DNA of 64,000 nucleotides, taken from Eledone cirrhosa (taxonomy: Eukaryota). The notes below the pieces were generated by a model that ran no database searches, had not been told where the DNA came from, and was given only the letters and a program-made list of their open reading frames with translations. A program made the position numbers and the translations under genes. The stretch spans positions 165,292,001 to 165,356,000 of the forward strand of contig OZ024741.1 of assembly GCA_964016885.1 (NCBI GenBank), read 5' to 3'. This document shows, one piece after another, positions 25,761-40,089 of the stretch (position 1 is the stretch's first letter; every line of letters starts with the position of its first letter).

Positions 25761-26906
25761 TCCAGCATCAATGATAGCATGACTTGAAGAATAACCTTAA
25801 TAGACTAAACCCCATGAAGGATATGAGGATTGTGTGGACTAGTAATATGCCATAACACAGAAGACATGAATGTTAGTACAAGCACTGCAACTCTGATAGT
25901 AAATGTGTGTGTGTGCGTGTGTCTATGTGTGTGAGAGAGAGAGTGTGTGAGTGTGTGTGAGTGTATGTGTGGTATGATCAAGCTAAGACAAGGATTCTAT
26001 ATGGGAGGAATCTAATATGGTGTGTAAGGAAAAGGACTATTATAGTATAGGTGTGTGATGTGTATGGAAGATGATAGCTGTATAAGGTGGTACAGAGAAG
26101 TGTCTGGGTGGAACTCAGGAAACTGTCATTTCCACCACATCACCTCTTTAAACCCTTCAGCACCTGTCACAATGATTTTATACTTATCAAACTTTACAAC
26201 ATTATGCTATCCTATCCACATCCTACCTCCTACCTTAGAGTAGAGAGGTCAGGTCAATGACCAACAACCTTCCTAGTGCTCGTGTCACATTGAAACCCAC
26301 CCAGTACACTCTGTAAGGGAGTTGGTGTTGTGAAAGGCTCCCAGTCATAGAAATCACATCAAACAGGGTTAAGAGGACAGCCTCTCTTATGGAGGTGCCA
26401 TGAAAAATGTATCCAGTAAACCCTGTGCAGAAACTATGTCAAACAAAGTGTAGAGAGGACTCTTTAGTTATGCCAAAGACATGATGACCTCCCTGGTGCT
26501 AGTTCCACAACAAAATCCTCAGTGCACTCTATAGAGTGCAAGATCAGTGGCTCTGATAGGGTACTGACTTGGTTAGTGATGACCAATCCAACCATTGCTG
26601 GCAGGGAAAGTGGACATTAAATGATGATGATGAAATGTATATATATATCTTGGTATATTTGGGGATGAAATGAAAGTTATAAGACAGGAAGGTTGACAAA
26701 ACTAAGAAGAGGAAGAAATGGAAAATGTGTTCAGAGAGAGACTTGTGTACCGCCATATTACAATGTCACTTGGCTTTCCTGATGATTTCCTTTGAATGAA
26801 ACAGTTCTAGTCCCGTAGAAGCCATTTCTATATTACATTTGTTGTATTCACTCTACTAATGTATTGAGTACCTTACTTCTTTCCTTTACCCTTCCTACAG
26901 AAATAC

Positions 26907-26943
<37 letters not shown>

Positions 26944-26944
26944 C

Positions 26945-26985
<41 letters not shown>

Positions 26986-27015
26986 CCGATTGTGTTGTTA
27001 TTTCTGTTTACTTTT

Positions 27016-27046
<31 letters not shown>

Positions 27047-27538
27047 GTGCATGTGTATGTATATGTGTGTATGTGTATGTGTGTGTGTGATTATCATTTA
27101 CATCTATTTATTTTCATACTGGCAAGAGTTGTAAGTATCCATCCACATAAATATATCCATAAACATCAAATTAGCAAATTCTGTCCAGTTGATACTAAAC
27201 TACAAGCAAAAATTCATGAGATATGAAAGGATGCAAACATTTACTGTTTGTCCAGTTAGATGTGAACATATACTAATTTGGTAGTTAGAAGTTGTCAGGT
27301 TGCCTTAGTGTAATGACGGTTCTGCCCTCCTCTTTCATATTATATTGTATGTCTTGTTTAAGTTTATCATACATAAATGAAATAATCTTAACTGTGCCTA
27401 TATATATATATATATGTATGTTATCTTAGCACATGTGTATCTCACAATTGAGGATGATTTGGTTTTAAACAACGTTTCTTTTTGTTTTGTATTTTTGTGG
27501 GGGTTTTGGCGGTGGGGGTGGGGGCATTTTTGATGGGG

Positions 27539-27569
<31 letters not shown>

Positions 27570-27695
27570 CAATCATTACAATCAAACAATGAAGTCACTT
27601 TATCAATGATGCTTCACTCTTTCATGGGACTCAATATATAATTATGTGCCTTTATTGATGTATAGATAGGTAAACAAATTGACACACACACACAC

Positions 27696-27748
<53 letters not shown>

Positions 27749-27830
27749 GATAGATAGCTAGATAGATAGATAGATAGAGATAGAGAGATAGATAGATAGA
27801 TAGATTGTAAGATAGACAGACAGACAGACA

Positions 27831-27882
<52 letters not shown>

Positions 27883-28199
27883 TATATATATCAAAGTAAA
27901 TCGAGAAAAAAATGATGTTGGCACCATGCCATTCTAGACAATGTATTAGCTGAATAGAGAAATCTAGTTATAGAGTACACTATGTAGTAGGCAGATAATG
28001 GTTTTGGGGAGAAGTGCTGTAGAGGTCTGAGGAAATATTCTCTTGATCTCATAATAGGAGAACTGCCAAAACTGAATTGATCATAAACAACAACAACAGA
28101 CATTAATGTAATGAAATGACAATGTTTTATCATGAAGGTATTCACTCAGAATGTTGAGATGTGGGATAGACTGGTGGCTTCTGAAAGAGTAGGTAGGTA

Positions 28200-28323
28200 A
28201 GTAGTAGTGGTAGTAGTGGTGGTGGTGGTGGTGGTGGTGGTGGTGGTGGTGGTGGTGGTGGTGGTAGTAGTAGTGGTGGTGGTAGTGGTGGTGGTAGTGG
28301 TAGTAGTGGCGGTGGTAGTAGTG

Positions 28324-28357
<34 letters not shown>

Positions 28358-28381
28358 GGGGTAGTAGTGGTAGTGGTGGTG

Positions 28382-28443
<62 letters not shown>

Positions 28444-28444
28444 G

Positions 28445-28475
<31 letters not shown>

Positions 28476-28564
28476 GGGGTAGTAGTGGTAGTGGTGGTGG
28501 TTGTAGTAGTAGTAGTAGTGGTGGTGGTGGTAGTAGTGGTGGTGGCAGTAGTAGTGGTGGTTGC

Positions 28565-28597
<33 letters not shown>

Positions 28598-29133
28598 GGT
28601 TGTAGTAGTAGTAGTAGTGGTAGTGGTAATAGTAATAGTAGTAGTAGTAGTGATGGTGGTGGTGGACATAGTAGTGGTAATGGTGGTGGTGGTAGTGGTT
28701 GTAGTGACTGTGGCGGTGGTTGTAGTGACTGTGGTGGTGGTGGTGGATTTGATGGTGGTGGTGGTGGTGGTAGTGGTGGTGGTGGCGGTGGTTGTAGTGA
28801 CTGTGGTGGTGGTGGTGGTGGTGGTGGTGGTGATAGCAATGCAGGATCTGATGACAATGATAATAAATGTTATTGTTGAAAATTGTGATCATCATCATCC
28901 CCTTAACATTCCTTAAGGTAATAATAATGACTGAACATAGCAGACATATCACAGCGATGGTGGTGATGATGATGATGGTAGTGATGATGATGGTGGTGAT
29001 GATGATGGTGGTGATGGTGATAGTGGTGTTGGTGATGATGATGGTGATGATGATGGTGGTGATGATGATGGTGGTGATGATGATAAAGATGATGGTGGTG
29101 AAGATGATGGTGAAAATGATACTGATGATGATG
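28200..29133. repeat. (GGT/AGT)n and (GAT/GGT)n microsatellite
   Basis: Seen directly. Confidence 0.95.
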
Positions 29134-29654
29134 AATCACCATCGAAGGATAATAAAAATATCTTTGTGTGTGTGTGTATCATAAAATATAAATAAAACTT
29201 ATTTCATTGCTGCTATTGTATGCATTTTTGTGTGTGCGGGGGGTGGGGGGTGGGGGGTTCTTTTAGTTGTTGTTATGTAAGTGATTGCCAGAAGAGTAAA
29301 AAGAATGATATTATAATGCTGCTAATAAAAACTGGACAAATATTTTATATTCTATTTGATAGCCTAAGGAGAAGAGTTGTGATTAATGGATATATTGGTG
29401 ACACAAATAAAACAATTGGTTATGTTAGTGTCATTTTTAGAATCCTAACTTTGTCTGGACAGAAAAATATTTCAATAAATAAAAATTAATTCATTTGTAT
29501 ACTGGAGATATAAAACAATCTCAAGTTACATCATTACATTGAAATAATATTTTCACTGATTTTTCAACAGTTTAATATTAGAATGTCAGTATGTTTCTCT
29601 GATTCATTAGAATGCCTGTTTCTTTTTCATCAATGGAAATATAGTTGAATGTTA

Positions 29655-30600
29655 AATGGTGGGTATTAGGAAGAGCATTCAGCTCTTGTGAAAATTGTGA
29701 AAAAAGGCTTGGAAGGACTCTTCAGCTGTGACAAAGACACAAACAACATCACAACCTCCCTAATATTGATGATCTACATGATAAATGCACCCAGTTCACT
29801 CTGTAAATTGGTCCATAACAAAAAGGTCTTTAGCTGTGTCAATAACACAAACAACATCACTAGCTCCCTAGTATTGATGATCTACATGATCAATGAACCC
29901 GGTATACTCTGTAAATTGGTCAGTGACAAGAAAGATATTGATTGATAGAATACTTGCCAAACAAACGCTTGGGAGGACTTTTCAGCTGTGTCAAAGACAT
30001 GACATGACAACCTTCCTAGCTTTGATGATTTACATGACAAATGCACTTGGTACACTCTGTAAATCGATTGATGACAAGAAAGGTATTGATTGATAGAATA
30101 CTTGTGAAACAAAAAGTCGAAGGATTCTTCAGCCGTGTCATGACAATATCCCTAGTGTTCATGATCTACATGATAAATGTACCCAGTACACTCTGTAAAT
30201 TGGTTGGTGATATGAAGGACATTCAACCATAGAAATATTGTTACCAAACAAAGGATCAGGACTCTTCAGTAGTGCCATAGACATGATAACCTCCTCAGTG
30301 TCGTGATCGACATGATAAATGTACCCTGTACACACTTAAGTGGTTGCTGACAGGAAGGGCAAGGGCATTCAGTTACAGAAAACTTGCCAAACAAGGAGTC
30401 AAGAGGATTCTTCAGTCATACCAGGACATGACAAGTTCCCTATCGTTGGTACTACAATAAAACACACTCAGTAGAGAATAGAATCATATGTCAGGCTCCT
30501 GGCCCACCTGCAGGTCAGTGTTTCTGCTTGAGTACTGACCAATCTGAGACAAGACATCCCACTCTGGCTAACAAGCAAAATGGATGTTAAATGATAATAT
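29655..30600 (+). repeat. Degenerate tandem array of the RTE/SINE-tail module
   Basis: Repeated cacccagtacactctgtaaa..tggttggtga..ggaagggcat..cagc-like units. Similar arrays at ~21540-21990, ~26230-26630 and ~58600-59700. Confidence 0.7.
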
Positions 30601-30841
30601 ATAATATATGATATAATATAATGAAAAAAATTGTGTTCTGTGCTCAGGTGCACTACAACTCATCAAAGGTACATGTATAGTACATAGAATAATGTACAAA
30701 TGATGATGATGTTTATAGACAAGTTTATTGTTGGTATGTTGTTAGAGTATTTTCTCTTCAATGTTTTGTTATTTTCATGTCACAATGAAGGAATGAAATA
30801 TTGATAAAGGAATTCTGAAGACTGCAATTTTATTGCAGATA

Positions 30842-31280
30842 GTGAAGGCGCATGGCTTAGTCGTTAGAGCATTGAGCTTGCAATCGAAAGGTTGTGGCTT
30901 CAATTCTCAAACCGGGTGATGTGTTGTTTCCTTGAGCAAGACACTTTATTTCAAATTGCTCCAGTTTACTCAGCTGTAGAAATGAGATGATAGGACTGGG
31001 GGTCCCTATCATTCCACTGCAAATTGGTCGTGGAGGTGCCACGGCAAAAAATCACCCAGCCCACACTGTAAAGTGGACGTCTAGGCACCACGGAAAAAAA
31101 GTACCCAGCACTCACTGTAAATGAGGTTGGTGTTAGGAAGGGCATCCAGCTGTAGAAATCAAGCCAGAATCAGTTCAAGACAAGGTCAGCTGACTAGACA
31201 CTGCCCACAACAGGACAAACCATCTAACCCATTCTAGCGTGGAAGAACGGACGTAAAACAGTGATGATGTTGATGATGAT
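30842..31280 (+). mobile_element. SINE family A
   Basis: tRNA-like head gtgaaggcgcatggcttag, central domain, RTE tail ending in gatgatg. Confidence 0.85.
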
Positions 31281-31616
31281 ACTTACATAACTGCTGGCTG
31301 CGTAAATATTTGCAGAGCTGTAGATATGTTTACGCAAGAGCTATAAATGTGTTCACACAACAGCTGTAGATGTGTTTACACACCATCTGTAGTTTTGTTT
31401 ACACAATAGCTGTAGATATGTTTACACAACATTTATACACATTGCATCAGTTTATACAATAGCGGTAGATATGTTTATACAACATTTATAAATATACACA
31501 ACAGCTTCACATTTGTTGACGCAATAGATGTACACATTATACCAGTTTACACACTAAAAACTTTTTTTCCGATTCCGCCCTGCCCGTCCCTTCAATCTTT
31601 CTAATTTCTCACTCTT

Positions 31617-31652
31617 TCTTCTGATGAAGGGCTCGCATCGAAAACGTTAAGA
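31617..31652 (+). ncRNA. Minimal hammerhead motif (decayed copy)
   Basis: tctt CTGATGA agggctcgcatc GAAAAC GTT aaga; same family as 9730-9765. Confidence 0.5.
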
Positions 31653-31762
31653 CTCTATTACTGCTATTTCAAGTGTTAACCTAATATATTCCTTCCATAT
31701 ACTGTACCGATTCTGCTGTTATTTCTGTTTCCCTTTTACATATATACATATATAGATATATC

Positions 31763-33616
31763 TTTAAGACCCAAGGATTAGCGGTAGAAGTAGAACCCAT
31801 CAGTAGGATAGTAAACTTCTTAGACGTCACTTTAGAATTAGACACAGGTCTCTACCACCCATACCGTAAACCCAACGAAAACCTGAAATATGTCAACAGA
31901 CACTCCAACCACCCTAGGAGCATAATTAACTCAATAGTTAAAAGCGTTTCCTACAGAGTGTCCACCCTGTCGGCGAACAGAACTATCTTCAACCACCATG
32001 CGGAATACTATAACTCCACACTTGAAAAGGCTGGTTACAATGAGAAAATAACTTACAATGACCCAACTAGAACCGCAATGCCGCTAGACCTAATCACACC
32101 CTTAGAAACGCATATAGACGAGGACACCCTACCTAGAACAAATGCGAACCAAAGACCACCCTTAGCAGGCAGGACAGGCAGTATTACACACAACTACCAA
32201 GGAGATAAAGCTATACTCTCCAACCCCAGTAAGGACTCTGAATATCGCACGCAACTACGTAGTAATAGAGACACGAGACTTAATGGCAATAGAAGAGCAG
32301 GAACCCCCATGACAAATGCACCTGACCAAAACGCACCCATGCAACCACCAAACCATAACAACCACACTAAACACTGTAAAGCCTGAAGCAGACCCACACA
32401 TAAATACCACAAGCTCTTCAATAGACACACAGTCAAATTCTCCTTCTCCACAGCTCCAAATCTAGGTGACATGATAGCACACACAAATAGGACAAAAATA
32501 CGCAAACACATGATAGCACCACAACCAACCACTAGCACAACCCAGAACGAAACCACACACACAACACAACACAACAACCCACATGCCAGCTCCACACAGA
32601 ATACGAACAACCGACAACGTGCCATCAAACCTGTAACCCCCAACTGCAACTGCAAAAAGCGGGTTGAATGCCCACTAAACGGGGAGTGCTTCGTTAAAAA
32701 CATTATTTACCGGTGCAATGTCACAGCTGACAGAAAAGAGTACTCCTATATAGGTGCGACCTCAACTACGTTTAAGGCGCGCTGGTATAACCACAAAAGC
32801 TCCTTTAAATGCAGGCTCAAATGATCCCAAATTGGACTGGCCGACTTAATCTGGGTCCTCAAAGACAAGAACATCGAATTCCAGATCATATCGTCAGTTA
32901 AACGACGCGTGGCTCAGGTCCCCAGTGATAGAAACCACTGCAGGTTATGCTTGGCCGAGGCGGCTGAGATCATTAAATTGAAATCTGACATAAACTCTAG
33001 ATCTGACATAATTATAAATTGTAGACACACCAGGTTGAATACCTTCTCTGCACAAACATTTGGCCGACGGCCACACACTAACCCTGACTCAACATAGGGA
33101 TAACCACCTTTGCCTTGCCACACCGTCCCTCATCTCAATGCATTTGTCTTATATAACATGTAACCATTTGTAAGTTCAGATTTTGTAAATATCATGTCGC
33201 ATCCATCACCCCACCAACAGATACATAGCCATACATCCCTCATCTCAGTACCATTGTATTCTATCTGTTCTCTCTGTAAGGTTTTACCTTGTAAACCATT
33301 GTAACATCCGACCTTGTGTATATATAATGTCGAACATATCACCCCATCGCCACCACCACCATACACATCACTATACATCCACCATCTCTCATTCACTTGT
33401 TTTCCCCGGTGTTCCCTATGTCATTTTTTAACCTGTAATCCATTGTAAAATTCGATCCTGTAAATATTTTGTCGCACACACCACCAGGCACATCGCCATA
33501 CTTCCACAATCATAAACATCACCAACACATATCACCCCGCCCTAAATAATGCATGTGTGTGTGTCTGTGTGTAAGTATATTTATTTGTACAATGGCATTT
33601 CCACTGGCTCTCTCTT

Positions 33617-33704
<88 letters not shown>

Positions 33705-34215
33705 TGTATGTATACAAAGTATTTGTCAGACTAAGTGTGTCTATGTATCTCTTTATTGAAATTGACACCACCAACACATTCATCACACCACCATAACCAC
33801 TATTAGCACAAACAACAACACCACACCTACACCACACACAAAAATCAACCTCAACTACATGCCAATCTGTCTACCGACAACCAGCACCCCCACACCACCG
33901 CCCACTTCAGCCTGTGATTGTCACCACCATCTTATCACCACACCCACCCCCCACATACACAACAGGCAAAAACATCCCTATGAACTAATCCACCAATCAA
34001 AACAATCTTTATTGACCAACATATGAACTTCTGACTTTATCATACAGCATGTATTCATTCTTCCATTAACATTACAAGGGGTCAGACAAGCCGCGGATTA
34101 CAGAGTCGGGTCAGATCGATACAGATCAAACCTTGAGCTGATCAGAGGCGAAAAGTGCGTCACCAACCAATAAATGTGATGAAGGAGTAACCAATCGTCC
34201 TTGTTATCTTTTCAC
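31763..34215 (+). mobile_element. 5'-truncated Neptune-type Penelope-like element (RT thumb + Cys-rich linker + GIY-YIG endonuclease) with probable 3' UTR
   Basis: Single frame 31763-33097 with two premature stops (32384, 32822): VNFLDVTL...YRKPN...YVNRHSNHP, KLFNRHTVKFSFS, NCNCKKRVECPLNGECFVKNIIYRC...YIGATSTTFKARWYNHKSSF, CRLCLAE...NSRSDIIINCRH. Bounded by TA-rich tracts. The 3' UTR extent is uncertain. Confidence 0.9.
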
Positions 34216-34484
34216 TATATATATATATATATATACACAAATATATAAAGGGGCTGGCCAGTAAAGAAACAGCACATGTTCGACCGGCCCATGTATCAAG
34301 AAAATAAACGTTTATTTTTTTTTTAATTTAAAGGGTTTTTTATGAACTTTCAATGTTTTCAAGTTTTTATAGGTTTTGCTGTCTGATGAGCTCAGGCCAT
34401 CATAATTGATAGTCTTCAGGAAAATATATATATAACAGAGTTTTAAATGAACCTAAATCAACTGATTATGGCCTCTGATCTTTT

Positions 34485-34538
<54 letters not shown>

Positions 34539-34543
<5 letters not shown>

Positions 34544-35135
34544 CTAGCATTTGTGTACATCTGTACGCATATGTTGGTAGATATACTAATTCTCTATATT
34601 TATCTCCAAATTATTTATTTGTTGACCAAACCTGCCAAATCCATTACTAATTCATTGGTGTGGTAGTAGGCTTTTGTCATCTTACCAACCCACTCCTTCC
34701 GACTAGCCTCGGTGTCACGTGATTGATTCTTTAGAATCTGCCATTTGACCAGAGACAGCGAACTTTTTCAGTGCATGGAATCCAGTCCCCGCCAGCTGTT
34801 CCATCCACCGAATTATTATTATTTTTATATGAGTCCCTAGTGTCCGCGCATTGCCTGGAGACTTAGCTGAGAATAGACTCCCTGATGACGTAAAGAATTC
34901 TCGATGGTTATATTACGTAACTATCTTTATCCCATTACAGAAACTAATTAGTTGGAGTGAAATTTTAGTAAGTAAGTTAATTTTTAATTTTTTTTTAAAT
35001 TTTCTTATTTTACGTCTTTCATAATTGTTCTGCATCCTCCTGCATTGAACCACCTAGGTACTATGACATAACTTATGTATTTGCTAGCATTAGTGTACAT
35101 CTGTACGCATATGTTGGTAGATATACTAATTCTCT
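34539..35135 (+). mobile_element. Terminally redundant 540-nt non-coding unit with internal hammerhead (retrozyme-like)
   Basis: ~57-bp direct repeat at 34539-34595 and 35079-35135, flanked by (TA)n and (CT)n(TA)n. Confidence 0.6.
34877..34958 (+). ncRNA. Type I hammerhead ribozyme motif with long stem II insert
   Basis: actcc CTGATGA cgtaa ... ttaca GAAAC taatta GTT ggagt. Perfect stem I actcc/ggagt; palindromic stem III aactaattagtt. Confidence 0.75.
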
Positions 35136-35242
35136 CTCTCTCTATATATATATATATATTTATTAAAATATTAATAATAATATATATATATATACACAAC
35201 AGCTGTAGATAGGTTTACGCAATGGCTGTATGTGTGTAGGTG

Positions 35243-35662
35243 TAAAAGCCAAACTCACTATCTATAATACGGTATTTGTGACAACCCTTACCTATGGTCA
35301 TGAATCTTGCCTAATGACTGAAAGAATACAATCATGAATACAAGTGGGGGTTCCTCCTAAAGGTCTTTGGAGTAATGTTACTTGATAGAGTGCATAGCTC
35401 AGAGATCAGAGAGTCACTCAATGTAGAGCTACTACTTCTCCAAATTGTGATATCACAGCTCCAATACTATGGGCATGTGGTTAGAATGTCTCAGGGAAGA
35501 ATCAGTGGACAGATTTTACGGGCAAAACCAACTGGCAGGAGAACCCGAGCAAGATGGTTGGATAACATCCATGAGCTTGGCTGGTCTCAGTTGGAAACAG
35601 TTGCTCCTGAAAGGACCTGCTGGAAGGAGTGTTTGAGGACTCTGTTCGCACGATCCTCTTAG
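35243..35662 (+). mobile_element. RTE-like LINE 3' relic (second family)
   Basis: KLTIYNTVFVTTLTYGHES...DRVHSSEIRESL...QLQYYGHVVRM; another decayed copy at ~56170-56500. Confidence 0.7.
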
Positions 35663-37962
35663 GAATAAGTGGGCAAAGAACGGAGTGGGTTACTTTGAAA
35701 AATAGTCGAAGTTGGGCATATAAAACCTGAAGGAGGGAAAAATGAGTAGTGCCACCCATGGGATTTGATCATAAAGTGATGATAATAAAACACACACACA
35801 GAGACACTTCTTCACAGTTTCTGTCAACCAAATTTCACTCACAAAGCATGGATCAACTTGATGCTATAGTAGGAGACACTTGTCCACGGTTCTATGTAAT
35901 AGGACTGAATCTGAACCTACTTGGTTGCCAAGTGAATGTTTTACCCACACAGCTAAGCCTATGTGTATAGTGTATGTAGATGTAAGAAAAGAAAACAAAA
36001 ATACCAACTGTTTTAATAATAATAATAATAATGATGATAATAATAATAATAATGAAAATTATTGTGTACAGTGCTCAGGTGCACTACAACTCCTCATACA
36101 GTACATACAGTACATAGAATTATGTACAAATGTTAAGAAAGTGAACAGTCATGATATACACAGATACATGCATGCGTGTGTATGGGGGGGAAATATCTTT
36201 GAAATGTCAATTCAATCCACAGATATTCTTTCAATGAAATAAGTTTCATATCGATCTAAAAGACATTAAAGTAAATGTATTACATCAAAACACACGCGCA
36301 CACGCATTCGTGCACATAAAATCCAGTAAACGTTTTTCTAGATGGAAAAGAAGACAATGAATGTAAGGGAGATAATACAAGTTATTAGAGTTACGTTTCT
36401 TTAATATTTCGCGTTTCATTCTTTACTATATGTACTTTGTGGTGTCAAATACTAGAAATCAAAACAAAACAAAGAAAAATACTGAAAAGAAAAATAAGCT
36501 GAAATTCTAACTAAAATATCGAATTGCCATATAGATGTCTTGTACAGGCACAAGTTATTAAACTACTAAAAAAAAGATAAGAATGAAACCTGCATACTAC
36601 TTTATTTTTTGCAAGGTCAGAAATTACCCTAGTGCATTATTGGTACTTTATTTTATCGATCCCGTAAACCTTGGCAGGATTTGAATTCAGACTGTAAAGG
36701 GCCGTAACTTTCATGGTCTGAATTCAAATTCTGTCAGGGTTAACTTTGCCTTTCATCCTTACGAGGTCGATAAAATAAAGTACCAGTAATTCACTGGGGT
36801 AATTGCTGGCCTTGTGCCAAAAGTAGAAACAATTATTAGTTCTGAAACTAATAATGAACTCAGAAAGGAATAATTTCATTTTTTCATGCACCATACATAC
36901 CAGCAAATAAGTCGCACCATTTTATATGCAAGATTTATTTAGCCTTAAAGTTTTGTAGGTCCCGTAGATATGTTGAGCATACATTTGGTATTTCAACTCT
37001 CAAAATAATTTTTATTTTAATCACTTGTTTTGCAATAATATTTGCTATATTATCTCTCTCTTCCTTGTACTGTGTTGTATTTATTTCATAGCAATAATGT
37101 GTAAAGTCATCACTCCCCTCGTCTCCCCTAACACACTGACAACCTCTTGCTTTTCTTCGCTCATTCTAACTGGCTCTTAATTATTTTATTTTTACATATA
37201 TATTGAAATATCAAACCCCAGAGAGATTGTACAATATACAAACACTCAGATAATATATTTTAACATGTAATATATAACTGAAATATGTTACATAATTTAA
37301 CACTTTATCCTGCAATGATTTAGTAGAAAATATTGAAAAGAAAAGGTTTGTTAATTCACGTTTACATAGTACAATATCTTTACATTGTGAAATTTTACAG
37401 CATTGAATTCTCTGCTGAATAATGGCCTTACTAGTTTAGAACTGGTAAAATCTTGAGATATATATATATATATATATGAAAAGATTCAGGACCCCAACAG
37501 CTGAGCTCAGCCGTTGGGGTCCTGAATCTTTTCATATATTACCCACTCTACTACCCCAAGTATTGAGTACTCTGGTGGGTTATGGTCTACCTGGTATCTT
37601 TACCACACCTTCTTTGTTATATATATATATATGTGTGTGTGTGTGTATATATATATATGCGTGTGTGTGTGTATATATATATATATATATGTGTGTATAT
37701 ATATTTATGTGTATGTATATATATATCTATATATATCTATATATAGATATGTATATATATATGTATATATATGTATGTGTATGTATATATATATCTATAT
37801 ATATCTATATATAGATATGTATATATATATGTATATATATGTATGTGTGTGTATATATATATATACATACATATGTATATATATATATATGTATATATAT
37901 GTATGTGCATATATATATATGTATATATATATATATTTATACACATATATATACTTATATAC

Positions 37963-37993
<31 letters not shown>

Positions 37994-38003
37994 TATGTAT
38001 ATG

Positions 38004-38109
<106 letters not shown>

Positions 38110-38658
38110 ATATATAGCATCGTCATCATACAGACTTCAATTTTTAATGTGATGTAGACATAGCATTGTTCTATACTTTTCTAGAATGTCTATAGTTAAT
38201 GTTGTGGTTTCATGCAGTACAGGATATTAAGAGTTAATGATTATTCTATACTTAATAATGTATAAGGTTTCAAAACCAGTTATACTTGATATAATTACAG
38301 CAAGCATTTTAAAGTCATGTTCTCTGCTAAAGCAGAGGTAGGACCACCATAACAAACTTCTGCATCTTCCCTCATCTAACCACTGGCTTTCATTTCCATC
38401 TCCATCATTATTATTACTCTCGATATCTTTATGTTTATAGATTTTTTTTGGAATTTTAAACAATTTCCACAAACGTACATTATACATTACATATTATCAT
38501 TATCATAGTTTTTACATCAATTTGTTTTTCATAATGGCATACATTGAATGGAACTTTGGTTGCAATGTTTTACAGTCAGACACCCTTCCTGATACCAACT
38601 CAGTCACATTTTTACAAATTGAACACATATAGTGAACCTATTTTAACTGGATACACAT

Positions 38659-38744
<86 letters not shown>

Positions 38745-39008
38745 ATCCTGGGAGCTAAATTCCATTATATATATATATATAATCATCATCATATATATGC
38801 ATACACATGTCATATATATATCATCTTTATATATATATATTAGAGAGAGTTGGCGTCTGACGGATGAGCTCTTGCTGTTTTCACAGGAACTAGCTGTCAA
38901 AATGGCAAGAGCTCAGCCGTTGAACTCCGACTCTCGCTAATATAGTTACACTCTACTATCCTAAGCATTGAGTTCTCTGCTGAATAGTTTAAAACTGATA
39001 AAATACTG

Positions 39009-39074
<66 letters not shown>

Positions 39075-39998
39075 CATATATACATTCATAGCATCATCAT
39101 CACTGAATGTCCATTCTCCCTGCTAGCAGGAGTTGGAAGGGTTGTCAAAGACCAAGTCAATATTTAAACAGAGTTAAATGAACATTAGATTGACATGGAC
39201 TTTTTTACATTTTGTTATGAAGTTCATGTACCACAATCATCTCTCTTTATAGAGATTATATAAACAGGTTCTTTTAAAGAATTTATAGAAAATGTATTTG
39301 TACCATGATAAAATGCACTCAGTGTTGGGGCACAATTATAAGCACCCAGTACACTCTGTAAAGTGATTAATGTTAGGAAGAACATCCAGCCATAGAAACC
39401 ATGCCAAGTATGGAACATATGAGTGAGATGAGGTCACTTTGATTCATCTGGTCATGGACAGTGACAACCTGTCTAACCCATGCCAACATGGAAAGGATAT
39501 GCAAAAATAATGATGATGATAATGATTCTCATGATGTACAGATTTAGGAAAGTAAATTTTCTTCAGAAGAAGAATCAGGTGACAAAGTGGCAGAGTTATT
39601 AAAGCATATGACAAGATACATGGCAGTATTTGTTTGGCATCTCAGTGCTCAAATTTCAAATCCTGCTGAGGTCAAATTTTCCTGTCGTTCTTTCAGGTGG
39701 CTAATGAAATAAATTATCAGTGCAGGGTGGTGGATTGGTGGAATTTTCAGAACACCAGATAAAGATCCCTTGTGATCTTTGTTTTCTAAGTTCAAATACT
39801 ACTATGTCATACTTGGGTGGTTGCTTAACCAGCTGCTTAGTTTAACATCACCACTACCTGGTCCTTGGTTGCCTTTAACAGAGCCTACTCTGTTACAAAC
39901 ATTTGGACCAGATCTCCAGTTTAATGATACCTACTTTCCTATCAGTCTTGGAGGCCTAATCCTTCCAGACTAAATAGTAAAACCAAAACAATACTCAC

Positions 39999-40089
39999 CA
40001 GATGATGTAAGTTCATCTTCATAGGTCAATGGAGGATCGTGGTAAAATGTTGTCCACTTGGAACTAGAAACAGCAGCCATTATAGCACC
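39999..40089 (-). CDS. CASK: CASK/LIN-2 internal coding exon (end of the CaM-binding segment after the CaMK-like domain)
   Basis: ttctttatttag|GGT...TCA TCT G|gtgagt, 91 nt. Encodes GAIMAAVSSSKWTTFYHDPPLTYEDELTSS, matching CASK [20 protein letters not shown]...TSS as I recall it. In phase with the exon at 47449-47520. Confidence 0.93.

Noticed and set aside
28081-28952. Pro/His/Thr-rich ORFs (also 57630-58190 and 62489-63365)
   Set aside because: Simple-repeat or G-rich low-complexity translations.
34070-34215. Hammerhead at the 3' end of the Neptune element
   Set aside because: Structured-looking, but there is no CTGANGA core on either strand.
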